DNA of 64,000 bases from Rhizaria sp. SCN 62-66 (Eukaryota): positions 1 through 64,000 of the forward strand of contig MEDY01000057.1 of assembly GCA_001724265.1 (NCBI GenBank). Direction: 5' to 3'. Shown here piece by piece: positions 11,836 through 24,117 of the stretch (position 1 is the stretch's first letter; every line of letters begins with the position of its first letter). The notes below the pieces were generated by a model that had not been told where the DNA came from, did not search any database, and worked only from the letters and a program-made list of their open reading frames with translations. Made by a program: the position numbers and the translations under genes.

Positions 11836-13564
11836 CTATGCATGCGCTTGTGCCAGTGCATCTAATGCCCGCTTAAGCGCGGGCATATTGGGCGCCACAG
11901 CCGCGCCCGCGCTCGCAGCTGCAGCGGCCGCCACCGTCTCGGCGCCTGCGTTGCCGCGCAGCAGCTCGCGGTCACCCACGAGCGCGCCGTCGTCGCAGCC
12001 ACAGCGGGGGCCGGCGCCCACACGGCCAGCGTGGGCGCGAGCGGCGCCGTAGCACGCGTACGCGGCCCCGCCTGCCGCGACTGAGTCAGGACTCCCGCTG
12101 CTCTTGCTCGCGTGCGTGGTGCTATAGACAAGAGGGCCCTTTAGAATCGTATCGAACCACTCAGTGCCCAGAGCCACTTGCTCCGCACTGCGCGCGTTCG
12201 CAGCAGCAGCAGCACCGGTGACACGCGCAGAGACCGTGATCGCAAGCGGCAACGGCCCCTGCGCTGGCTCCGGTACTGACAAGCGCACTGACGTTAGAGC
12301 AGCAAGCGCAGTCTCGGGCACAGCGGCGCCAGTGCGGCTGGTGCGAGTGCTCGCAGCGGTGCTGAGCTCTTCGACGATGACGACGTCGCTATCATCGCCG
12401 CTCGCCTCGTGCTGACGCGCATCAGGGCGCGTATCTGTGCTCCCATGTGTACCTGTACTTGCTTGACCACGAATACTCGCATCACAACGCTGTTGTTGTG
12501 CCACTGACTCGCCACCAGCACAGCCGCCACTGCCGTCAACCGCTGCAATAACGGCGTCAACGGGGAGAAAGAACGGCGAGGTATAAGACAAGTAATGTTG
12601 TTTGTTCTTAAGCGCCTGTGACGAGAAGTCTTGTGAAATCACGTGCAGATGCAGCTGCGGCAGCGAGGGCAGCGCGTGGAAACCCAAACGCACGCGCGCA
12701 GACGGCGGGTAAGCGTTGCTGTGGCTGCCGCTGTTGCTGCTGCTGGTGTGCGCCAAATCTGTCGTTGAGTCAACGTTGTTGCTCTGAGAAACAGTAGTTG
12801 TGCCGATGTCGCTGCTTTCGTGGGTTAAGTCAGAGTTAGAAGTGGCGACGACAGCGGCGCAGAGCGCAGCAGCAGTGGTAGACGCGTGCTGCACACAGGC
12901 AAGAGGCGCTGCAGCGACCGAAAGCAGCGGGGCGTAAGCTGACTCTGGCACGAACTTACTCATTGGCGTCGAAGTCAAGCCGTCACCGTCGTCGCCGCGC
13001 GCTGAAATTAAGCCGCGCGGGACCGACCGTGCGTAAGCGCTGTCTGGTGTGGTGTGCAGCGCATAGAGCGCAAGAGCGCGCAGTGAACGCAGCGTGTCTG
13101 CGGCCTGGGTGCGGGACCGGGTTGCAGCGAGAGTGTGGAGCGACAAGAGGGCGGCGTCGCGTGGGACTGAAAAATGAAGATATAACAAGGATATAAACGA
13201 TTTTTAATAAGGCATGCAAATATTCGTTATTTTCTATAGAGTTAACCCAAAATGTAGTGTTATTTTTAGTATATCTTTGCAACGTACTGACGAGCCAGTG
13301 TGTTTTGGCTTTGGCGTAAGCGTCCTGAAGAACGACGAGCGAGGGTGAAAAGCACACCACAGCGGGGTCAGCCTCCAGTGCGTCATCATTACGCATAGCC
13401 ACGCGTACCAGTGCGGTCATCCACGCAGGGCCGCGAACGAAAGATGGCGCAGATGTGTGGGAACCGCGCACAGCATTGGATGCAATGGATGAAGCGGCTG
13501 CCTAGCGGGCATCGTAGGACGACTCGCGGGAGCGCGAGCGCGGGCGCGCTGCAGGAGCGGACAT
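11836..13564 (-). CDS. APTX: Aprataxin-like HIT-family DNA 5'-deadenylase; intron 13287-13167; start uncertain (13564 with in-frame TAG, or 13420)
   Basis: Spliced QDAYAKAKTHWLVIPR, then RLGFHALPSLPQLHLHVISQDFSSQALKNKQHYLSYTSPFF, the aprataxin/Hnt3 signature. C-terminal PNMPALK resembles a remnant of the zinc-finger helix. Confidence 0.85.
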
Positions 13565-13934
13565 ACGGCGTAAAATTGAGGTAGTATGCTTCAAAGGTAA
13601 CTTGATGTGTGTGCTGGTCCCAATAGTGCCGCGCAAAAACATAGACCGGAGCGGTGTAGCAAAGCACGAATCTGGCTCAAGGACGGCTTGGTGGGCGAGG
13701 CAGACTGCTGACAAGGCTAGTACGAAAAGATATTACATTGAGATCAATTTCGACTTTCCTGTAGTGCAATTTTACCAATATATTTTTTCTGTGTAGTTAT
13801 ATTATTACCTAAATTTTAACACGTATTGACGATGGATTTGTTGAGTTATTACACGTCGAAAATCTTGCTCACTCCTTCGCTCTTGCTCATCCACCTGTGT
13901 CCCGCCCTGGTCATCTCCCCTGCGCCCGCGACAG

Positions 13935-16155
13935 ATGCTGTCTGAGATCATCCTGACTCCCGGTCAGCAGGCGGTTCTTGCCACGATTGCAATCAGTGTC
14001 CTGCCGACGCTGGTGCTGCTGTTGGTGCCATTCTGCCACAGCTCGCGCGCTCCCGCTGCTAATGGTGGCGCCGCCGCCCGCAAGCAGTCCCCCGTGCCCC
14101 CGCGTCTGCTGCGCATTCTGCTCGCGTTTGCCGTCGGTGGCCTGCTCGGCGACGCGATTCTGCACCTGATCCCGCACGCCGTGTTTCCCCACGACCACGC
14201 TGGCGACCACGCTCACAGTCACGGCCTCGGCCACGCCCACAGTCACTCGGCTGTCGCGAGTGCTGGCCACGCGGTTGTCTCGCTCCCTCCCGCTGTCGCT
14301 CCGGCGGTTGTTGTCGCTCCTGCTGCTGCTGCTCACAGTCACAGTCACGACCATGATCATGACCATGACCATGGACATGGACATGGACATGGACACGCGC
14401 ATGCCCACAGCCATGCTCACAGTCACGACGACCACGGACATGGCCATGCCCACGGTCACGACCACGACCATGGACATGGACACAGTCACGGGGGCCGCAA
14501 GTGCAACCATGACCACAGCAACGACCACATTCACGCCCTCGGCGGCCACGCTCACGGTCACGGGCACGACCACAGTCACCATGAACACGCTCACAAGAAG
14601 GTCGATGCTGCTGCTGCGCCTGCGCCTGCTGCGGCGACGCATGCTAAGACTGATACTGCTGCTGCTGCTGCTGCTGCTCACAAGCATGAGCACGAGCATG
14701 ATCATACGCACGATGACCACGGCCACAACCACGGACACGGCCACGCGCACAGTCACGACGACCACGCTCACAGTCACGATGCCCATGCGCACGGTCACGC
14801 CCACGGCCACGATCACGGCCACGATCACGGCGCGTTCACCCGCGTTGGTCTGCTCGTGCTCGCAGGCATGGGCATCTTCTTCATCATCGAGCGGGTGGTC
14901 GCAGCCGCCCGCGCCGCCGCGGGGCTCGCCCCCGGGCACGGCCACAGCCACGGCGGCCACGGCCATGGCCACGGCAATCACTCCGCCGCCGCCGCGAGCA
15001 GCAGCAGCAAGGATGAGAGCGAGAGCGAGCAAGAGCCGGAGCAGACCGAGGACAGCGATATCGTCCGTCTCCGCCGCAGCTCTCGCTCCCGCGCGACCGC
15101 TACCAAGCCCAAGGCGGCTGACAACGCAAACGAGAGTGCCAATGCGAGCAAGAGCAAGAGCAAGACTGGCAAGCGCGCCACCAAGCCCGCTGTCCCGGCC
15201 GCTGATGCTTCAGCTGACTCTAAGACTGAGGTGGCTTCGACGAAGGGCGACGACGACGAGGAGGAGTCGACGCTTTCCGTGCTCACTGGCTCGCCCGCTG
15301 CGCTGCTGAACCTCGTGGCCGATGTGACGCACAACTTCACTGACGGTCTCGCTATCGCGGCGGCCTTCAGCGCAGGACAGGGGGTACGTGTCACTGTGAG
15401 ACTCTCATTATTCGAAAAATATCACATGTTTATATCAAAACTTAATGGTTCTATCTGTATTTATATGGATATTTTGCTTTAGAACTGTATGACTTCGGTT
15501 TCATGTTGTTGGTTCAATGCTCATTTATGCCCGCTTCCAACCTCTTTGTTTGCCTTATTTCTCTTTGCTTCTAGCTTGGTATCTCGACGCTGCTAGCCGT
15601 GCTTGTGCACGAAGTGCCGCACGAGCTCGGTGACTTTGCCGTGCTTGTCCAGGCCGGGCTCTCGCCCCAGCGCGCCCTCAAGATGCAGTTCGTCACCGCC
15701 ATCGGTACGTCACGCAAATCTACGAAATCAACGTCACATCACACTAAAGATTGAAAAATCGGTATTCGCTTTTGGATTCGCATATAATGGTATTTTTATT
15801 TAGTATTCTAATACTAACTTATATCACCCTGATTATGTTTCTATCGTGACTATTTGGTGCTTTTAAACACACAGGTGCTTTGCTTGGCGTTTTCGCTGGT
15901 CTGCTGGCGGCCGACACGTTCACCGCTGCATCCACAGTCATCCTACCGCTCACGGCAGGCGGGTTCATCTACGTCGCGCTCGTCTCGGTGCTGCCTGACT
16001 TGCTCAAGCCGCTGCCGCGCGATGTGGGCGAGAGTGACTGTGAGCTGCCCGGTGACGAGGCCAGTCCCGCGGCGCAGCTCGTAGACACGGCGTCGCTCGT
16101 TGCAGCGATGGCCGCAGGCGTATATCTCATGGTACTGATTATCGAGCTCGAGTGA
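13935..16155 (+). CDS. ZIP (SLC39) zinc transporter, LIV-1 subfamily, ZIP7/KE4-like; exons 13935-15383, 15575-15704, 15875-16155
   Basis: [41 protein letters not shown], spliced [17 protein letters not shown] (HEXPHEXGD motif) and [20 protein letters not shown]. Two GTACGT...AG introns keep the frame. Confidence 0.93.
14190..14830 (+). repeat. Coding His-rich (HX)n low-complexity tract inside the ZIP transporter
   Basis: Degenerate hexamers such as CATGGA, CACAGT, CACGGC and CATGAC encode HGHGH/HSHDH/HAH runs. Confidence 0.85.
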
Positions 16156-16732
16156 AGGGGTGTCTGCGCGCCTTAGATTGGCTTGACAACAGAGCAAAAG
16201 TAGCTTTTGTGCAGCGGCAATGTGAACAACGCAAGTCAAATTTCCTGGGATATGAACGCATCTTTAAACGTGCGGTAAGACCGGACGATATTCACTGATT
16301 AAAATATTGTTGTGCAAACAAATACACTTGGTTACATAGTTGTATCTAGCTATCTGTGCTCTTGTTTCAAGTCAAAATATCGAAAAGCCACGTCTCACTG
16401 GACGAGTTTTTCGGTCCAGCTCAAAGTCGAGTCGGCCGATCGTTTTCGTGAGTAACGGCGGAGGAGTGAACGCAATCGCGTGACCGTCATAGAATCAGTT
16501 GATGAAAACATAATTAACATCAATAATATATCACTGCAAATTCTACCTTTGCGTTTTACTCACATCTCTCCTTGCGTTTTCTGTCCTGCCACATCGCCAC
16601 TTTCAGACAGCCCTAACAGCCTTAGCTGACATTGGGCTCGAATCTCCCTTTTTCTCGCGTCTCTCTCAGTCAGCGTTCTTCCCAAAACTCTCTCGCGCTA
16701 AGCTCATTTAATCTCACCGCACGCATTCCGCG

Positions 16733-17944
16733 ATGATGGCTACAGCCCCGCCCGGCGCGCCGCAGTGGGACGCCATCGACAACTTCCCGATCGACAGCAC
16801 AACCAGCAGTAGCAATGCACCTGCCGCGTCATCATCGTCCTCCGCCGCGGGCCCCGCTGCTGGCGGCTCCCAGCTCTACTACATCAACCCCAACGCGCCC
16901 GCCCCACAGCAGCAGCAGCCCCAGCCTCAGCAGCAGCGTGGCCCGCCCCCGCCGCTGCCCCCCGCGAATCTTATGTACTCCCCACACTCTTACCAACAAC
17001 AACAGCAGCAGCAGCAGCAGCCGCAGCAGCAGAGGCAGGCGCAGCCCCAGCAGCGGAAGTCGTACGGCTACCCGCCGCACCCGTCGCCCGCCGCGCCCCA
17101 CCCGAACTACAGCAGCCCTCAGCAGCAACAGCAACCGCAGGGACAATATCAGCAAAAGCAGCAGCAGCAGCGTCCGCCGCCGCCCCCCATGGCATCCAAC
17201 CCTTATCAGCAGGCGCCGCTCTTCTCCCCCGCTTCCCCCGCCTCTCAACAGCAGTTGCAGCAGCAGTATCAGCGCCCGCCGCCCCAGCAGCAGCCGCAAT
17301 CTCAGCTGCTGGCGCAGTCGACGTCGCACCTGAGCGAGGATGAGCTCGAGCGCCGCTACTTCCGCCAGCGCGAGGTCGGCGCGTACGGCACGCTCCAGGA
17401 CGACTTGTCCTCGACCTTCGCAGCCGCACAGCGCACTCTCAACCCCTCGCTCTCGCAGTCGCACGCGCTCGCACAGTCGCAGTCGCACCAACACCCGGCG
17501 CCCTTCAGCGCGGGGCCCGGAGCCGAGGCGTACTCGTACTCGGCGCAGAGCCAGCATTACGGCGGTCAACAGCAGGGACAACAGCAACAGGGTCCCGTTG
17601 CTGTGTTTGCCAACGGGCCCCACGGCCCCTCGCGCCGCCCCAACAACGGCTCTCAACAGCAACAGCAGGTGTACCCCGCGACGTCGTCCTCGTCCACGGC
17701 GTCGGCGTCGGCGCTCCCCGGCCTGCCCCGCGGAACGCATGGGGGAACGCGCGGGGTCTCTGCGGCCCCCGCAGCGCCGAAGCGGCAGCACCCGTTCTTG
17801 CGGCAACAGGCCGCGTCCTACGGCGTTGGCGTCGGCGGCAGCGCGAATAGCGCCAAGCGGCCTCCGCAACAGCAACAGCAGCAACAGCGGAGTCAGCAGA
17901 GGCCGAGTAGTGGGGCGCGCAACCGCGGTGCTGCTATGACTAAA

Positions 17945-17975
<31 letters not shown>

Positions 17976-20550
17976 CGAGGCAGGGTGGCGACAGTCACGG
18001 GTACGACACGTACGGCTCTGGCGCCACCGCCGGCTACTACACCAATGCCGGCTACACGGACAACAACAACAACAACAACAACAACAGCTACGGTGGCTAT
18101 GAGGATAATACGTTTGGCGGTGCCGCCGGCGCTGACGACGGCGACGGAGGTGACTATTTCGACTTCCTGACCGCACACAATGCCCAACAGCAGCAGCAAC
18201 AACAGGAACAACGACAGGGTTGGGGTCAGAATGGCGCCGGCAACCCCCCGCCTCCTCATGGTGTGGGCAGCGAGCTCCTCGCACTGCCCTCGGCCCCCGT
18301 CGACCACTACGGCAGCGCACACGGCCACAGTCACAACGGACAGCAGCCGCAGCAGCAGCAGCAGCCGGCGGCGGCGCGGCCGTTTCCGCCCCCCGCGCCC
18401 TCAGCTCGCGACTACCCCCACCTCGCCGCCGCCGCCGCTGCAGAGCAAAACAACAACAATAACAACAACAACGGTCAGTTTGTGCCCGGTGACCTCAACT
18501 TCAACGCTAAGCCTGCGTATAGCGGCTCCCCTGCTGCGTCGTCCCGCGGCACCGGCGCCGGCCGCCCCGCTGCGTACGCGCCGGACACGCGCGCCTCGCA
18601 GTCTGCGGCGCCGTACCTGGACCCGCGCGTGCCCGGCCCGCCGCCACAACCCGCCCCCGCGCTCACCACGGCGCCCCGCATCGCCGGCCTCCGCGCGCAG
18701 GACCAGCAGAACGCGCTGCCGCAGAGCTCGCAGGCGCAGTCTCAATCGCAACAACAGGCGGCGCAGTCGCACTCGGCGCTGCTTGCGCACGCGTCCGCCG
18801 CGACCAACTGGGCGGCCGATCACCCGCATATCAAGGCCGCGTGGGACGATCATACCGCTGCGCTCGCCGCCGCTAACGGCGCTAACAACAACAGCAACGG
18901 CACCGCTGGACCTCAGCAGTCTCAGTCTCAGCAGCGGTCTCACCGGACCGGCGCGAACGCGGCGGGGCCGGGGGCCAAGAGCGGTGGCGAAGGGGGGGAA
19001 GAGAGCGTGGCGGCGCGGCTGCGGCGCGCGCGGCAGGACGAAGACATGCGCGCGCGCGAGCGCGAGTGGCAGCGCCTCGTCGCCGGCGGCGGCAGCAACA
19101 GCGGCGGCAACGGCAACGGGAATGCTTCTTCGACGACGGGCAAGGCCGGCGCCCAACAGCAGGGACAGAGGGCTGGGCCGCAGCAACCTGGACAGCAGCA
19201 GGGTCAACAACAGCAGCAACAGCAGCAGCGGGAACGCGAGAGGTTGGAGGCTGAGGCGTGGGCGCAGTATGAGCGGGAGCCGCCGCTGCAGCAGGCGTAC
19301 CTTGGACTGCCTCCGGAGCAGCAGCAGCAGCAGCAGCAGCAGAAGGAAGCGCCGGCGACGGTGACTGACGCTGACGCCGATGTTGAGGCTGAGGCGGAGT
19401 ACCAGCGCGACTCCCAGCAGCAGCAGCACCAGCACCAGCACCAGCAGCAAGGATTTGGATCTTCCAAGTCTCAGTCCCAGTCTCAGCCTCAGAATAACGG
19501 TGAGTCTGTTGGTCCTGAGTCTACCGGCAATGCGACTGTGAACAACAACAGCAATCCTGACTCTGCACCTGTCTCCGAGCGCCAGCTAAGCCAAAACTCG
19601 TCTCAGAACAACAACGCCAACAACACTGGTGGCGGTTACGCGTCCGCCTCCCGCTCTGGCTCTCGCTCCGGCTCCCGCGGTGGCGCTACATCCGCCAACG
19701 GCTACGGCTCTGGTTCTGGCTCTGGCTCTGGCTCTGGCTCTGGCTCCGGCTCCCGCGGCGCCCCTCGCTCCCGCCCCGCCTCCCACAGCAACAGCAACGG
19801 CAACAGCAGTAGTGGTGAAACGGCCGAAGAGCGGTCCGCCGCGGCCCAGAAGCGCGCCCAACTGCTCACTCTACTGCGCTCCCAGAAGGAGTGGGAGACG
19901 CAGCACCGCGCCGCCGTGATCGGTGACCGCAAATCGGAGCACGCCGAGATCGTCTCGGCCCTCCGCGCCGCCGATTTGACCGGCAAGGCGCTCACGGCGG
20001 AGCAGTTGCGGCGGGAACATAAGGCCGCGCAGGCACTGGTGGCCGCGGCGGCGCAGCAGCACGCGCGCGCGACGGCGGAGCGGCGGCAGGAGCAACGGCG
20101 CGACGCCAAGCGCGCCGAGCTGGAGCGCGAGGCCGCCCGCGAGGCCGCGCGCAAGCAGCAGGCCGAGGACGAGCAGCGCAAGTTCGACGAGCTGGTCCGC
20201 GCGCTCCGCGAAGAGCAAGAGGCCACGGTGCAGGCGTACGAGCGCGAACGGACGCTGGAGCGCGCACGCGAGGTCGATAACCTCAAGCGGCGCTTTATTG
20301 GCGAGCGGATCGCCAAGATCACCGGTCAGGGCGCGCCGGCCGGGGGACTGGGCTCGGCCACGGTCACGGGCGCGGTGCCAGCGCAGCTCGCGGCGATGTA
20401 CCTCAAGCCGCTCGAGAAGAGCAGTAACAACAACAATGGCAACGGCAACGGCAACATCAACGGCAATGGCAACACTAACGCGAGCAACGGCGAGCAAGAC
20501 GAGGCTGATGCGAACAGCGCAGGCGTCGGCCGCTCCCCTAAGCAGCGGTC

Positions 20551-20589
<39 letters not shown>

Positions 20590-20926
20590 GTCGCCGCGGT
20601 CTGAGTCGCCGCGCTATCTGGGCAGCAAAACGGCCGGCGCGCGCGGGGCCCGCACCTCCGCCGCCGCCGCTGCTGAGAAGGAGCAGAGTGAGAGCAAGAG
20701 CAACAAGCCCGCGGCGGCTGGCAACAAGACCCGCGCTGTGACGCGCGCTGAGAAGTCGTCCTCTAACGCGCCCGCGACCGCGAATGGGAATGGGAGTGCG
20801 AAGAACAGCAGTGACGCTGCGGATGGCCCGCATGTGGAGGATGGTGGCGATTATACATACGCGCCGGAGGACGACGAGAGCGGCGCTGCCCACGGTTACT
20901 TGAGCCCCGAGGCGCATGGACAACAA

Positions 20927-20965
<39 letters not shown>

Positions 20966-21283
20966 GTGGATGTGTATGCAGTGAGCGATGGCACAGTCAA
21001 CGCTGGTGCTGATGGCAACGGCGACGGCAACGGCGATAACGGCGGCCCCAAGAGCGGCGTTATTGTGCCGCCTCTCGCGCTGAGCGGCGCCGTTGCCGCC
21101 AACGCAAACGCAAACGCAAACGTTAATCCTAATGCCAATGGCAAAGGTGAGATTCCTGACGAGACCGTGATTGCCCATGCCGATGCGAGCAGCGGCAGTG
21201 CTCCTGCTGCAGCTGCGCCGGCGCCGGCGTCCGGTGACACGTCGCGTGTTGCGTACGGCGTTGACCCCAGTATGTCACAGTGA
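16733..21283 (+). CDS. 1516-aa Gln/Asn/Pro-rich disordered protein with a C-terminal coiled-coil region; function unknown
   Basis: Single long ORF with many poly-Q and poly-N tracts, a (GS)n run near 19705-19755, and a charged helical segment at about 19830-20320. Ends TGA. Confidence 0.8.
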
Positions 21284-21655
21284 GTGCGCTGTTGTGTTAA
21301 CTCACTAGGGCCAGCTGCTTAGCAACTGACGCGAGGAATCATGTCTGCCGGTTACAGAGATGAGACATTCCCTCAAGACAGAGTGGGATGTTGTATGATT
21401 TACAATTTATATATTAAGACTTTCACACAATGACAAACACCACTATACAAAGAGTTCGTTTTTTTATTTCTCAATCAACCGCGGACGTACATATCAAATT
21501 TAACACAGTCTACGTATTATAGTGCATACAATGGCCATCTGTCGTGGGACGACGCATCTGCAACCATGCAAAGAGTATCGGCAATGTGATCGCATGTCAG
21601 TTCAGTACCCGTCTCAGCGCCATCACGCGCTCTCTGTGTGCATATGTATCTGAGC

Positions 21656-22315
21656 TCAATCGGTGCACATCTCGGAGACGTAGTCGTCGTAGTGAAAGTA
21701 GCCCTGCGAGTCTACCGCGTGGTGCAAATCGCGAATCAACGCGCTCGTCTGCGCGGGCGTCAGCTTCTGACTACCGTACTCGCACAAAATGCTCTCCAGC
21801 GCGTCGAAGCGAATCTTCCCCGGTGGCGCGCCGGCCTCGAAGACGCGGAACGCCTCGCGAATCTGCGACGCGACGTACGAGGCACGCATTTTGCGCGACA
21901 TGACGGCCAGGAACTCGTCAAACTGGATCGCGCCGTCGTTATTCTCGTCAATCTCGGAGACCATCTGCGTCACGTCGTCCATTGTGACCTGCATGCCGAG
22001 CATGCGCATGAGTTGGTGTAGCTCTTCGTTGCTGATGGAGCCGCTGCGGTCCAGGTCGACCAGCTCGAAGATCTCGCGCAAGTCGGACTTCTGCTCTTCG
22101 GTCAGCGCCACGTACACCGTCGAAGCGGAGGACCGGCTCGCGACCACGTTGTTGTTGCTGCTGTTCGCCGCGGCGGCAGCGGGGGCGCCGCCGATAGAGC
22201 GCATAGCGGCGCCGGAGGCAGGGGATGACATGGCCAGGGAGGGCGACGCGGAACCGGCCGCAGCGGAGGCAGAGGCAGCGGGGTCAGAGCCAGAACCGGG
22301 GGACGGGTACGACAT
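21656..22315 (-). CDS. Calmodulin-family EF-hand protein, most like outer-arm dynein 18-kDa light chain (LC4)
   Basis: EF loops DLDRSGSISNEE and DENNDGAIQFDE are intact and EF3/EF4 are degenerate. FLAVMSRKMRASY...AFRVFEAGAPPGKI...YGSQKLT resembles algal flagellar dynein LC4 as I recall it. First in-frame ATG is 22315. Confidence 0.75.
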   Translation of the reverse strand: MSYPSPGSGSDPAASASAAAGSASPSLAMSSPASGAAMRSIGGAPAAAAANSSNNNVVASRSSASTVYVALTEEQKSDLREIFELVDLDRSGSISNEELHQLMRMLGMQVTMDDVTQMVSEIDENNDGAIQFDEFLAVMSRKMRASYVASQIREAFRVFEAGAPPGKIRFDALESILCEYGSQKLTPAQTSALIRDLHHAVDSQGYFHYDDYVSEMCTD

Positions 22316-22884
22316 GCGGGGCGCGCAGGTGCGGTTCAGTGGGGAAGTCACTGGCGGGAGCAGGACGCGTGGGCAGCGTGATGTGAGGTTGGGAAAACGG
22401 GACTTTGTTAAAATGAGCAAGTTGGAAACAAAGGAAGGGTTATCTGGTTATTAATAAGGTTTCTGTGGGTATACTAAAATAAAATAACGTTTTCCTAGTT
22501 GACTCGGCCGATATGAGGCTCGGCACTCAATTTTACGGCTAAACGGTCGATGTTTCGCGTATTTTCGAAAGCACGAATCGAGTCCAAGGAGTCGAGCGCT
22601 TCAATCGATCCGTTACTGTCCCACGGCGAACTTCGTCTTTGTATGTGATAGAACTGTGTATTTGAACTAGGTAAGGCTGAAACTGTAAACTATATAACTA
22701 GAACTAAGATTTCACATGTAAATCCGGCTTTTTTCTCGTGGATCAGTCATTTGTGCGAGATATGCCATTGAATTGTGCCGCTGCCAGCCTAAAATGGCAA
22801 AGCAGAAGTGTGTCGTCTTAGAACGCTAACGAAGAATAGCAAACACATGTCAGGGCAAATGTGTCACGGCAGAAAATTGCACTC

Positions 22885-23344
22885 TCAGTTGCGCCCATAC
22901 GCTGTAGAAGCACCAGCCATGACAGACCCCGGCAAAGCGGCAGAGCGCATGGGCTGCGCGGCGGAGTCGGCGGGGCCGACTGGAATCACTCTCTCGCAGA
23001 GGTGAGACCACGCGTCTGCGGGGCGGTTCAGCTCTTGTGCAACGTCTACAGCGCCGGAAATGTCGAGCACAAGCGCAGACACGCCGCTAGCCGCTGTATT
23101 GACCTCCTAAGCAAGCGAGAGCGAGTGAGAGCAGAGCAATGATACGGGCGAGTGAGGCGAGGGCTTCAAGAGGAAACAAGGGGTTAGAATGCAATTTAGA
23201 TATCAGGAACAGAGTATAAACTAAAACGGTAAGACGCAAACGTACGGAAACAATGGCTTCAAGAAGCTGGGCCATTTCGGCATCGAATGCACTGCCAGTG
23301 ACGGATGTTGGAGCACGGTAGGAGAAGTTCGCAGTACCACTCAT
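22885..23344 (-). CDS. Small protein resembling DASH/Dam1 complex subunit Dad1; exons 23344-23246 and 23106-22885
   Basis: GTACGT...TAG phase-0 intron gives AFDAEMAQLLEAIVSEVNTAASGVSALVLDISGAVDVAQELNRPADAWSHL, which follows the Dad1 pattern from F(E/D)xE to VxxE(F/L)xxxxxxWS. Confidence 0.55.
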
Positions 23345-24117
23345 CTAAGCTTAGGAAGAACAACAGGATATATAAGCGCAGTAGTCAAGTAATGAGGGAC
23401 TAAGAAATAAATAGAAGTATGATGAAATATATTTCTATAGCAACTCATTTAACGATGAGGACACGATATGGCAGCTGTTTGAAGACTGTCGGCTCGTTGG
23501 GGTTTGATAGCCGTTGTTGGTGGCTCGCGCCACAACCAGTAGTCACGACAGGTGCCTGACAAACTTCAAGTGATTTGATGCCTTAAATGAACTTTTGACA
23601 AAATAATACTTCAGTATTGTCATTTTCTAGATTTTCTGTTTTATTCATCGTTGTTAAAAACTGATTTTCGCATATTCTTCTTATTGATCATTCTTCTCCA
23701 CATATTTTTGGCGACCTGATTCTTTCGAGTCCAAAAGAGATTTCTTAAGAATACCTAAATAAGTAGTCGCGAAAAAGAAGACATAGTCACAAAAGATGGA
23801 TTGTAATCACGCTTTCAGCATGGGAATAAAAAGTTGTACCCTATTAAATCGCTTTCTCCACACAAAATGGCTCCTGATTTCAAGTCATGTGTACGGTCAA
23901 GGCGTGGTAAGGCTTTAAGAGTATGTTTTGTATTATGACAGGCATGAGCACGAAGCAATTAATATCAATATATGAGTAGATTTATAGACTACGTAACCAT
24001 TGTTGTGAAAGACTTGTCTCCTGGCCCGCCATGGGACGCAGCGCAGACAACATTTCTTCCTTTCGCGTCGCTTTTGAACGCCATACTTGCTCACAGTACC
24101 ACAGCAAGAAGGCAAGC

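Noticed and set aside
23431-23444. ATTTCTATAGCAAC, fitting a degenerate RFX X-box consensus
   Set aside because: Single degenerate hit upstream of a non-ciliary gene, and there is no evidence this lineage has RFX.
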